NCBI GenBank assembly: GCA_051313645.2
Contig: JBNRSN020000003.1
Coordinates: forward strand, 114,018,001 to 114,082,000
Direction: 5' to 3'
Source: Centroscyllium fabricii
Taxonomy: Eukaryota
DNA: 64,000 nt
The notes under the pieces are model-generated. The model did no database searches. It saw nothing but the letters and a program-made list of their open reading frames with translations, and was not told where the DNA came from. This document shows, piece after piece, positions 1-10,119 of the stretch (its first letter is position 1; each line of letters starts with the position of its first letter). Both the position numbers and the translations under genes were made by a program.

Positions 1-250
1 ACACCATCACCTCCAAATTCCCTTCCAAGTCACACACCATCCTGACATTAATCCTTCACCGCTCATTCATCATCGCTGGGTCAAAATCCTGGAACTCTCT
101 ACTTAACAGCACTGTGGGTGTACCATCACCATATGGACTGCAGCACTTCATGAAGGTGGCTCACCACCTCCTTCTATGGGGCAATTAGGGATGGGAAACA
201 AATGCTGGCCTTGATAGTGATGCCCATAACCTGAGAATGAATGAAAAATA
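1..250 (+). mobile_element. 3' tail fragment of a CR1/L2-group LINE
   Basis: Tail sequence (GGGTCAAAATCCTGGAACTC...GGCAATTAGGGATGGG...GAATGAATGAAAAA) with a diverged second copy near 10900-11180; no intact ORF. Confidence 0.6.
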
Positions 251-573
251 TATCTAAACAACAAAAACACTTCTGATCTGTCTTTCAACACAACTAAATT
301 CCTGAAAAATGTTGCTCATTTCTTATGTAGTGAAACAGTGCCATGGAGTCAAACCAGCACAGATCCTCTGCTTGTTGTAGACTGTAGACTGCTCTAGGGG
401 CAGGTAATTCAATCGAAATCTGCAATTGAACCACTTGGTCACAGAGATGTCCCCCAAAAGAACTATAACTGATCCTTGATCCTTCTCCCGGATCTCAGAT
501 ACATATGTCAATCAAAACCTCCAACCCCTCAATCTGGCTTGATCTTTTAAACTGACCTGTTTTGAGATCCTGC

Positions 574-852
574 TGTAGAGGCATGCAGGCCTGAAGAACC
601 ACGCTGGACACAGAGGATTCGGAAAACAATCATTTAATGTTAACACAACTAGGGCCAGGTAGCAAAGAGACTGAGCCACCTGGAACCAAGGTATTTAAAG
701 GACCCGCGGTTGGTGACGTCACTGCCGGGTGTCCACCTGGTGACGTCATCACGCCGGAAGTCGCGGTGACGTCATCACGCCGCCCGGCGGGCGGGGCCGT
801 CTTGCAGTACTCCCGAGGCGGATTCGATGGTCCTGGTGGGCGTGTCGCCACA
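574..852 (-). repeat. 3' LTR of element A
   Basis: Direct repeat of 9433-9711; preceded on the minus strand by the PPT GGGGGGGGAGCTG. Confidence 0.95.
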
Positions 853-999
853 CAGCTCCCCCCCCAGAATCTGTGAGGGAGAGCGAAGTTTAAGTTAAAG
901 TAGAAAGGAGCATAAAGTAAAATTAAAAAATGGAGCATAAAAGTTGGGTCTCAGGCGAGGTGTTGAGGTGGACTGATGATGCGGCCCGCCCGTGTAGTC

Positions 1000-3900
1000 T
1001 CAGGCGAGGCGTTGAGGTGGCCTGATGATGCGGCCAGCACGTGTCGTGCGCTGCTCCTTGTTCTGCGTGGGAGTGTGGGCGGGCTTTGGTGCGGTAGGGC
1101 ATCCGCGCTTTGGTGGCTGCGCGGGGACTGTTGTCTCACCCGCCATTACATGTGCCGGTTTGAGCCGGTCGATTGAGACAGTCTCAGCTCTGTTGCCCAT
1201 TTTAATCTGGAACGTTTTAGGTCCCGCCCGAAGCACTCTGTATGGTCCGTCGTACGGTGGCTGTAGTGGTGTTCGATGTGCGTCGTGGCGGACAAACACA
1301 TACTTGGCATTTTCGATGCCATCTGGAACATGTGCTGCCGGCTCTCCGTGCCGGACCACTGGAAGTGGTTTGAACGCCGCTGCCTGGTTATTGAAGTCTT
1401 TGAGGCAGTGGTCGGCTGACCAGGGGGCGTTGGTTTCTGCGACGAACTCGCCTGGTACGGTTAGGGGTTGGCCATAGACAAGTTCCGCCGCTGAGGCATG
1501 CAGGTCTTCCTTGGCCACTGAACGCAGGCCGAGCATTACCCAGGGCAGGCGGTCGGTCCAGGTCGCGTCTTTGAGGCTGGCCCGCAAGGAAGCTTTGATG
1601 GAGCGGTGGAACCGTTCGCAGAGGCCATTGGCCTGTGGGTGGTAGGCGGTGGTCCGGTGCAGGGTTGCCCCGAGGTCGTGGGCGATGGTTGCCCATAGGG
1701 TTGAGGTAAATTGGGGGCCCCTGTCTGATGTGATGTCGGTGGGGACGCCGAAACGTGCGACCCAGGTGGCAATGAAGGCCCTGGCCAGGTCCGCGGTGGT
1801 GGTAGCGGTGAGGGGGACCGCTTCTGGCCAGCGGGTGCTGCGGTCGACCATGGTCATGACATGTGTATGTCCCCGTGATGGTGGTAGTGGTCCGACCAGG
1901 TCGATGTGGACGTGGCTGAAGCGTCTAGCTGGGATGGCGATCGTTTCCACTGGTGCCTTGATGTGCTTGTGCACCTTGGCGCGCTGGCAGGCATTGCAGG
2001 TGTTGGTCCAGGCGCGGACATCCTTGCGCAGGCCACGCCAAACGAATCGCGCAGAGATCAGCTTTGTGGATGCGCGGACACCGGGGTGGGACAGGTCATG
2101 GAGGGTCTGGAAGATGTGTCGCCTCCATGCGTGGGGGACGATGGGTCTGGGCTGCGGGAGGGAGACGTCGCAGCGGACCTCCGTGGCTGTGGGCCCGTGT
2201 GCTACGGTGGCCAAGAGCAGGCCGGGGAGGTTGGTAGCTGGGTCGAGCAGATCGGGGTCGGTCAGTTGGTCGGCCGCCAGTTTGGCGTAGTCGACGGCTG
2301 TTTGAACGGAGTTGATGGTGGGGCGTGAGAGGCAGTCAGCGACCACGTTGTCGCGGCCGGCGATGTGCTGTATGTTGGTGGTAAACTCCGACACAGCCGC
2401 GAGCTGGCGCTGCTGCCTGGCCGACCAGGGTTCGGAGATCTTAGCCATTGCTGACATGAGTGGCTTGTGATCCACGAAGGCTGTAAAGTGGCGGCCCTCT
2501 AGGAGGAAGCGGAAGTGGCGCACTGCGAGGTAGAGAGCGAGTAGCTCCCTATCGAAGGCGCTGTACTTGACCTCCGGGGGCCGGAGTTGTCGGCTGAAAA
2601 AGGCCAGGGGTTGCCAGGAGTCGCCTGTCCACTGCTCAAAGACTGCTCCGATGGCACGGTCGGAGGCGTCGGTGGTGAGGGTTACTCTGGCGTTGGGCCT
2701 AGGGTGGCTGAGGAGCATGGCGTTAGCCAGGGCGGTTTTGGTTGCGGTAAAGGCGGTGGAGGCTTCGGCCGTCCACTCGACCGCAGCCTTGTTGGACTGG
2801 CCGCGGGTGGGCTGATAGAGGGGTGCCATGAGAGCGGCTGCTCCTGGGATGAAGCGGTTATAGAAGTTAACCACCCCGAGGAATTCCTGCAGCCCCTTGA
2901 TGGAGTGCGGGCGGGGGAATTCCTGAACCGCCTGCACCTTGGAGGGCAGGGTTATGGCCCCGGTCTGGGAGATGTGGTGGCCGAGGAAGTCGATCGTCTC
3001 GAGGCCGAATCGACATTTGGAGGGGCTTAATATAAGGCCGTGTTCGGCCAGGCGGTTGAAAAGGGCCCTGAGATGGAGGAGGTGTTCCTGGGGGGAGGTG
3101 CTGGCCACGAGAATGTTGTCTTGGTAGACGAACGTGAACTGCAAGTCCCGCAGGACTGAGTCCATGAGGCGTTGGAAGGCCTGGGCCGCGTTTTTGAGTC
3201 CGAAGGGCATTCGGAGGAATTCAAATAATCCAAATGGGGTAATGACGGCTGTCTTAGGGACGTCCGCCGGGTGCACTGGTACCTGGTGGTAGCCCCGTAC
3301 CAGGTCGATCTTGGAAAAGACCGTGCAGCCGGCTAGCCTTGCCGAGAAATCTTGGATGTGGGGGACGGGGTACCTGTCCGGGGTGGTGGCGTTGTTGAGG
3401 CGGCGGTAGTCTCCGCAGGGGCGCCAGCCGCCACCGGGTTTGGGGGCGATGTGGAGGGGAGAGGCCCAGGGGCTGCTGGAGTGGCGGATTATGCCGAGTT
3501 GTTCCATGATGTGGAACTCGGCGTGCGCGATCTCCAGCTTGGCCGGGTCCAGCCTACGTGCGTGGGCATGGACTGGGGGGCCTGTGGTGGTGATGTGGTG
3601 CTCCACCCCATGCTTGGCCGTACGGGCTGTGAAGGTGGGGTTGTTTAGGGCTGGGAACTCCGCGAGGAGCGTGGCGTACGTGTTGGAGTTCCGGGCTCGG
3701 CAGTGGGACGCTGCGTGGGTCTGGTGTGCCGGCCCTGTGGAGCATGGGATGGTCGACATGTTGTGGATGTCGACCAGGCGGCGTCGGGTAACGTCGACCA
3801 GGAGGCCGTGGGCGCACAGAAAGTCGGCCCCGAGTAGGGGTATTTTGACTTGGGCTGTGATGAATTCCCACTTGTACGTGTGGCCTGCTAGCGTGATGGT

Positions 3901-4091
3901 AAGCTGGCGGGTGCCGAACGTAACTATCTCGGAGCCGTTTGCGGCTTCGAGTGGTGGGCCTTGGGTGCCTTGCTTGGTTTCTGCGGGGGAGGCTGGCACG
4001 ATGCTGTGCTGCGCGCCTGTGTCGCAGAGGAAGCGGAGGCCTGAGCCACTGTCCATGACGAAGAGCAGTGCTCCGGAGCGGCCTACGGACA
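1000..4091 (-). pseudogene. pol: Element A pol (protease, RT, RNase H, integrase), separated from gag; RT motif mutated to YQDN
   Basis: ORF 1000..4131 contains [33 protein letters not shown] (YLDD in C, G and E), TDASD, HPG..CNAC, HIDLVGP, SDRGPQF and GPY. The first 13 codons come from the LTR of element B. Confidence 0.92.
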
Positions 4092-7000
4092 TGATACCAT
4101 CAATTACTCGAGTCTGAGAGCGAGTTAACATAGGCTTTAATAAACTTAGAACAAGCGTAAGGGATCACAGGTATCGTTAGTACAGTACAGTAGAGAGGAG
4201 GTCAGAACCCACGAGTGCTGACCTTTATACCCCCAGGGTCAGAGGCGTGGCCTACCCGAGGTCCTCCAGGTACAGGTCTCCCAAGTCTGGCTGGGCAAGA
4301 GTAGACACGCCCTAAGGCATGTACATACACATAGTTGGTGTTATAGCCAATATCACCACATTCACCCCCTGTTAAAGAATTTCAGTACCAGGGGGGGCAC
4401 AAACAATACCTAACATATGTACAGACAGTATTTACAAAGGTGTTCCAAAAAATTGTGGCCTCCTGTTCATGCCAGGTCACATTGAGCAGACCAGGCGGTC
4501 TGGCTGGCGTCGCACCCTCGACGACCGTCTGAGCTGCTGGTCCTGCCGTTCGGTATCGGTACCTGGGGAAGCCGAAGGAATATACGTTAGCAGCGCGTCA
4601 CCAGGGAATACGGCGGTATGGGTCGGTGGGGGGCTGGGCACGGGCTGCGATGTGGTAGGTGCCGGCTGGGCCCACGACGAGAGGAAGGGGGGTGGGGGCG
4701 GAGTTGTGGTCGCAGGGGCGCCTGCGGGCGCCAGGTCTTTAATAGAGACTGTGTCCTTCCTGCCATCAGGGAACTCCACATAGGCGTACTGCGGGTTAGC
4801 ATGGAGGAGGAGTACCCTGTCGACCAGTGGGTCGGTCTTATAGTGCCGTACATGGCGCCGCAACAGTACTGGGCCCGGGGAGGCTAGCCACGACGGCAGC
4901 GACATCCCCGAGACGGACTTCCTGGGGAAGGAAAACATCCGTTCGTGCGGCGTTGCGTTGGTCGCTGTACAAAGAAGCGACCGTACGGCGTGTAGAGCGT
5001 CCGAGAGAACCGCCTGCCAGCGTGAGGCTGGAAGGCCCCTGGACCTGAGTGCCAGGCGGACCGCCTTCCAGACAGTGCCATTCTCGCGCTCTACTTGGCC
5101 ATTGCCCCGGGGGTTGTAGCTCGTTGTCCTGCTTGACGAGATTCCTCTCGCGAGTAGGAACTGGCGCAGTTCGTCGCTCATAAAAGCAGACCCCCGGTCA
5201 GAGTGTATGAATGAGGGGAAGCCGAATATTGCGAATATCGGGGCGAGGGCGTTGATGACTGTGGCAGCAGTCATATCAGTGCAGGGTATCGCAAATGGGA
5301 AACGGGAGTATTCGTCCACGACTGTGAGGAAGTAGACATTCCTGTCGGTGGACGGGAGTGGGCCCTTAAAATCAATACTAAGGCGTTCGAAGGGCCGAGA
5401 GGACTTAATCAGGTGTGCCTTGTCCGGTCGGAAAAACTGCGGCTTGCATTCCGCACAGACCGGACAATCCCTGACTATCTCCCTAACCTCCGCAATACTA
5501 TACGGTAGATTGCGGGCTTTGATAAAATGATAGAAGCGGGTGACCCCCGGGTGGCAGAGGTTATTGTGCAGAGCCTGCAGTCTGCCCGCCTGCACGCTGG
5601 CGCAGGTCCCGCGGGACAGTGCATCAGACGGCTCGTTGAGTCTACCTGGCCTGTACAAAATATCATAATTAAAGGTGGACAATTCGATCCTCCACCTCAA
5701 GATCTTATCGTTCTTAATTTTTCCCCGCTGTGTGTTACTAAACATAAATGCTACCGACCTCTGATCGGTGAGCAGGGTAAATTTTCTACCGGCCAGGTAG
5801 TGTCTCCAGTGGTGCACCGCTTCGATAATGGCTTGGGCCTCTTTTTCCACGGAGGAATGCCGTGCCTCCGAGCCCGAGAGGGTACGGGAAAAGAAGGCAA
5901 CGGGTCTGCCTGCTTGGTTCAGGGTCGCCGCCAGGGCGAAGTCGGACGCGTCGCTCTCCACTTGGAAAGGCACGTCCTCATCAATGGCGGACATTGCCGC
6001 TTTTACTATATCGGCTTTAAGTTGCTTAAAAGCCGTTAGTGCCGCTGCCGACAGGGGAAAAACAGTGGCCCGCATCAGAGGCCGGGCTTTGTCCGCAAAT
6101 TTCGGGACCCACTGCGCGTAATACGCGAACAGCCCCATGCACCGCTTTAGAGCTTTGGGTGTCTTGGGAAGGGGATACTCAATCAGCGGGCGCATTCGGT
6201 CAGGGTCCGGGCCGATTAACCCGTTTTCCACCACACAGCCCAAAATAGCCAGGCGTCTGGTGCGGAAAACACATTTTTCTTTGTTGTAGGTCAAATTCAG
6301 GGATTTGGCTGTTTTCAAAAATTTAGCGAGGTTCTCGTCGTGGTCCTCGTCCGAGTGGCCGCAGATAGTGACATTATCTAGATAGGGAAAGGTGGCCCTG
6401 AGCCCGTGTTCGTCTACCATTCTATCCATTTCCCTCTGGAAGACGGACACTCCGTTCGTCACTCCGAAGGGAACCCGAAGGAACTGGTAGAGGCGACCAT
6501 CCGCTTCGAAAGCGGTGTAGGGGCGCTCCTCTCTGGGGATTGGGACCTGGTGATATGCCGCTTTAAGGTCTATAGTCGAATAGACTTTGTATTGGGCAAT
6601 TTCATTTACCATGTCCGAGATCCGGGGAAGGGGGTACGCATCGAGGAGTGTAAACCTGTTTATGGTCTGGCTGTAGTCGACCACCATCCTGTTCTTCTCC
6701 CCCGTCTTTACCACTACTACTTGGGCCCTCCAGGGGCTGCGGCTGGCTTCAATCACCCCCTCTGCCAACAGTCGCTTCACCTCGGTGCCAATAAACGCCC
6801 TGTCTGCAGCACTATACCGCCTGCTCTTTGAGGCAATCGGTGCGCAGTCCGGCGTGAGGCTCGCGAACAGTTTCGGGGGTGAGATCCGTAAAGTGGTGAG
6901 CCCACAAAGCGGGCGCTCACGGGGGGTACTCGACTCGACCGTCAGGGGTGGGAGAGGGCCGCCGTATACCAGGGTGACACACTGCAGGTGGCTCTGGAAA

Positions 7001-8596
7001 TCGAGCCCCAATAACACTGGGGCGCACAAGTGGGGTAACACAAACAGTTTAAAATTACAGTATTTTACCCCGCGAACTACAAGTGATACTTCGCAACACC
7101 CCACGGCCTGCGCCGATTCTGAGTCCGCCGCCAAGGCGATGCGTTTTAAACAGGGGCGAATCGACAGGCGAAGACGGTCAGCAGTCTCGGGGGAAATAAA
7201 ACTATCAGTACTACCCGTATCAAATAAACAGTTACAGTTTTGTCCGTTTACCTGGACGTCCATCATTGATTTCTGCAGTTCATGGGGTTTTGATTGGTCC
7301 AAAGTGATGGACGCCAGCACGGTTGATGAGTCGTTTTCATCCGAATATTCTGGGTCGGAGTCAATTCGAAGACTCTCAAAATGGCCGCTGCCTCGTGGTG
7401 ATGAACTAAGATGGCCGCTCCTCCTAGCTGTGGCCTCGAGATGGCCGCCGCCTCGTGGTGCTCCCTCGCGGTCATCTACCTCCGTGTAGTAGGAACGTGG
7501 TGCCGCTCTCGCTCCGCTGCAGATGGGGGCTGCCTTCTTTTTCTGCCCTGTTGCGCGGCACATCGCGGCATAGTGCCCCTTCTTTCCACACCCCGAGCAC
7601 GTAGCATCTTTGGCTGGGCAGCGCAGTCTAGAGTGCCTAGCTTTTCCGCAAAAGAAACACTTTTGGTTGGTTTCAGGCCTGCTTCTTCCTGCCGCTGCCG
7701 TTAGCGCTGGGGTAGGAGTTGGGGCTGGGGATGCCCACGTAGGCGCGCTTGGTTGGCCATACGTGGTGGATCTCCGATCTGCATTGTCCAGATTTACAAT
7801 CAGGGAGGCTGCTTCTTTTAACGTTAGCTCATCCCGTTCTAGCAGTCGGGCCCTGATATATGGGGAGTATACCCCTCTTACCAGAGCGTCCAGTGCCAGT
7901 TCGTTGTAGTGTTCGTCCGCCGTCAGGGGGCCAGGGGCGCAATCTCGGGTCAGCGCACAAATTTCTTTCACGAATTTGGCGCCCGGTTCCTCGGCGCTCT
8001 GGGCTCTCTGAGTCAACACGTGCCTTGAGTGAACAGCGTTGGCTGCTGGCACAAATTGTTCTTTCAGTTTCTTCATGGCCTGTTCGTAATCCGACTCCCC
8101 TTCGATGAGGTGGTAATGGTCAGCACTGATTCTGCAGTGTAGAATTCGGCTCTTCTGCTGATCAGTTGAAGCAGTCTCTTTCACTTCGTCGATATAGCTC
8201 CTCAGCTGCTGTTCCCAGTGTTTATACCGGCGTTCGGCATCGGGAGCAGTCGCATCAATTTCCAAGATCGGGACAGCCAGAATTCGGTCCATTTTTGGAT
8301 TTTAGCGACGATCTAAGTTTATTAAATTGATACCATCAATTACTCGAGTCTGAGAGCGAGTTAACATAGGCTTTAATAAACTTAGAACAAGCGTAAGGGA
8401 TCACAGGTATCGTTAGTACAGTACAGTAGAGAGGAGGTCAGAACCCACGAGTGCTGACCTTTATACCCCCAGGGTCAGAGGCGTGGCCTACCCGAGGTCC
8501 TCCAGGTACAGGTCTCCCAAGTCTGGCTGGGCAAGAGTAGACACGCCCTAAGGCATGTACATACACATAGTTGGTGTTATAGCCAATATCACCACA
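4092..8596 (-). mobile_element. Element B: intact, very young Gypsy LTR retrotransposon (double-CCHC Gag, YLDN RT, no tRNA PBS), nested in A
   Basis: 269-bp LTRs at 4092-4360 and 8328-8596 appear identical; TSD GGACA at 4087-4091 and 8597-8601; PPT AGGGGGTGAA next to 4361. Confidence 0.96.
4477..8292 (-). CDS. gag-pol: Element B single gag-pol polyprotein, 1271 aa
   Basis: CFFCGKARHSRLRC/CSGCGKKGHYAAMC knuckles, LFDTGS protease, IDLKAAYHQV, PFGVTNG, FPYLDNV, ESDASD RNase H, HNNLCH..CPVC, SIDFKGP, HSDRGSAF, NGQVER. Confidence 0.95.
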   Translation of the reverse strand: MDRILAVPILEIDATAPDAERRYKHWEQQLRSYIDEVKETASTDQQKSRILHCRISADHYHLIEGESDYEQAMKKLKEQFVPAANAVHSRHVLTQRAQSAEEPGAKFVKEICALTRDCAPGPLTADEHYNELALDALVRGVYSPYIRARLLERDELTLKEAASLIVNLDNADRRSTTYGQPSAPTWASPAPTPTPALTAAAGRSRPETNQKCFFCGKARHSRLRCPAKDATCSGCGKKGHYAAMCRATGQKKKAAPICSGARAAPRSYYTEVDDREGAPRGGGHLEATARRSGHLSSSPRGSGHFESLRIDSDPEYSDENDSSTVLASITLDQSKPHELQKSMMDVQVNGQNCNCLFDTGSTDSFISPETADRLRLSIRPCLKRIALAADSESAQAVGCCEVSLVVRGVKYCNFKLFVLPHLCAPVLLGLDFQSHLQCVTLVYGGPLPPLTVESSTPRERPLCGLTTLRISPPKLFASLTPDCAPIASKSRRYSAADRAFIGTEVKRLLAEGVIEASRSPWRAQVVVVKTGEKNRMVVDYSQTINRFTLLDAYPLPRISDMVNEIAQYKVYSTIDLKAAYHQVPIPREERPYTAFEADGRLYQFLRVPFGVTNGVSVFQREMDRMVDEHGLRATFPYLDNVTICGHSDEDHDENLAKFLKTAKSLNLTYNKEKCVFRTRRLAILGCVVENGLIGPDPDRMRPLIEYPLPKTPKALKRCMGLFAYYAQWVPKFADKARPLMRATVFPLSAAALTAFKQLKADIVKAAMSAIDEDVPFQVESDASDFALAATLNQAGRPVAFFSRTLSGSEARHSSVEKEAQAIIEAVHHWRHYLAGRKFTLLTDQRSVAFMFSNTQRGKIKNDKILRWRIELSTFNYDILYRPGRLNEPSDALSRGTCASVQAGRLQALHNNLCHPGVTRFYHFIKARNLPYSIAEVREIVRDCPVCAECKPQFFRPDKAHLIKSSRPFERLSIDFKGPLPSTDRNVYFLTVVDEYSRFPFAIPCTDMTAATVINALAPIFAIFGFPSFIHSDRGSAFMSDELRQFLLARGISSSRTTSYNPRGNGQVERENGTVWKAVRLALRSRGLPASRWQAVLSDALHAVRSLLCTATNATPHERMFSFPRKSVSGMSLPSWLASPGPVLLRRHVRHYKTDPLVDRVLLLHANPQYAYVEFPDGRKDTVSIKDLAPAGAPATTTPPPPPFLSSWAQPAPTTSQPVPSPPPTHTAVFPGDALLTYIPSASPGTDTERQDQQLRRSSRVRRQPDRLVCSM

Positions 8597-9334
8597 GGAC
8601 ATGGTGGGGCTTGGGCTGGTTTGGGGTTTGAAGGTGCAGGGCTGGACGCAGCGCTGCGCTTTAGCTTCAAACCTGGTGTGGTAGTAGCACCAGCCGGGGC
8701 CTGTGGTGCGTGGCTTTTTACGGGTCCGCACCGGTCTGGGTTGGGACCTGGGGCCGGGCCTGGGGTGCGCGTAGTACTGCTCCGGTGGAGCGGCGGTGGG
8801 TTGGCACGTGGCGGCTCGGGTGCGCTCGGCCCTCATCAGCTTGTCGGCCTCCTGAGCCAGTTGCTCCTTGGTATAGTGCTCAAGGACCGTCCGAGCCGGT
8901 CTGACGGAGGGGGGCAGTTTAAGGAGGAACAAGGCGCGCTTAATGGTGGCCGGGTCGCAATTGAGCGCTTCCATTTGGGCCCAGAGCTCCGATGGGTCTG
9001 CGTCCCCGAGTTCGGGGAGGTTAATGAGCTGGCAGTCGCGCTCAAATTGGGTGGGGGTGAATTTTTGTAGCAGCGCGGCCTTAAGCGTTTCATACCTGTC
9101 AGCGGTTCGTTCGTGCTGTATGGATGACCACATTCGGTCGATCGTGGGCTGTGAAAGGGCCGCGAAGAGCAGGCTGTATCGATCGTCCCCCTGCACGCCA
9201 TGGATGCGGTAGGTGTTCTCTGTGTTGAGGAACCAGGCCGCTGGACGGAGTTCCCAGAACTCTGGTAAGTTTGGGATTTGGCCGTAGTTCTGGCCCCGTC
9301 TGTGGAGTCGTGCTGTTTGGCTCCCTGCTGGCAT
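8597..9334 (-). pseudogene. gag: Element A gag (CHCC type); reads through into the B LTR to a stop at 8438
   Basis: [13 protein letters not shown] and [19 protein letters not shown]; homologous to the N-termini of C and G. Confidence 0.9.
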
Positions 9335-9419
9335 GGTGGTTGTGGTTCAACTGAGGCAGCTTGGCCCTCAGTCCTGCAGCAACTGCTTCATTATGTTCCC
9401 TTGGAATTCATTCCAAGTA

Positions 9420-9431
9420 TCGAGGTCACCA
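9420..9431 (-). promoter_or_regulatory. Primer-binding site of A, tRNA-Trp-like
   Basis: Minus strand reads TGGTGACCTCGA 1 nt after the LTR; vertebrate tRNA-Trp predicts TGGTGACCCCGACGT (one G:U pair). Confidence 0.85.
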
Positions 9432-9432
9432 C

Positions 9433-9711
9433 TGTAGAGGCATGCAGGCCTGAAGAACCACACTGGACACAGAGGATTCGGAAAACAATCATTTAATGTT
9501 AACACAACTAGGGCCAGGTAGCAAAGAGACTGAGCCACCTGGAACCAAGGTATTTAAAGGACCCGCGGTTGGTGACGTCACTGCCGGGTGTCCACCTGGC
9601 GACGTCATCACGCCGGAAGTCGCGGTGACGCCATCACGCCGCCCGGCGGGCGGGGCCGTCTCGCAGTACTCCCGAGGCGGATTCGATGGTCCTGGTGGGC
9701 GTGTCGCCACA
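9433..9711 (-). repeat. 5' LTR of element A
   Basis: Direct repeat of 574-852; contains TGACGTCA, CCGGAAGT, a GC box and a TTTAAATA TATA-like box. Confidence 0.95.
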
Positions 9712-10119
9712 TTGCGAAGATAGATCAGAACAAAAGACATTAACACACTGTACGACTCATAAACATCCAAACAATGCTTCAAGAAAGATACACAGGATAC
9801 TTACCCTTAGATTGAATTGCTGCTATAATAATCCAACTGTCAACAGATTGATAACGTTAACTCTAAATTCAGTCAATCTTTGCATATTATTCTCCCCTTT
9901 GTTTAACAGAAGCCAAGACTCAGCTACATAAAAATTGACCTCCATCAGTCATAACAAAATGTGCATTTTCTCTACATTGGAGAAACAGCTTACAGAAACA
10001 ATAATTAACCCTCTGTGTACTGTGGCCAAGGATAGAAAAAAATGATAAACTAACACAGACAAAAATGCAATGACAATGATCAAAGGCTTTCCTAAAGTCC
10101 AAGTGAATTAATATGATAG

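Larger units (their letters stand above)
574..9711 (-). mobile_element. Element A: CsRn1-like Ty3/Gypsy LTR retrotransposon, interrupted by element B
   Basis: 279-bp LTRs at 574-852 and 9433-9711 with TG..CA ends and about 4 mismatches; flanks CTGC/TTGC (4-bp TSD, 1 mismatch); PBS TGGTGACCTCG; PPT next to 853; Gag motif CYYH-X9-C-X3-C. Confidence 0.95.

Noticed and set aside
323-511. 62-aa ORF as a possible host exon
   Set aside because: No recognisable domain or convincing splice sites.
3110-3135. YQDN in the A RT as a natural variant like YLDN
   Set aside because: Close relatives C, G and E have YLDD, so this is copy-specific decay.
1025-4117. Long antisense and alternate-frame ORFs over pol, recurring in C, E and G
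   Set aside because: Expected shadows of GC-rich coding sequence in near-identical copies; no recognisable domains and variable endpoints.
9920-10102. LDFRKAFD, resembling a LINE RT motif
   Set aside because: Downstream RT motifs could not be traced; possibly a very old LINE relic, but not supportable.
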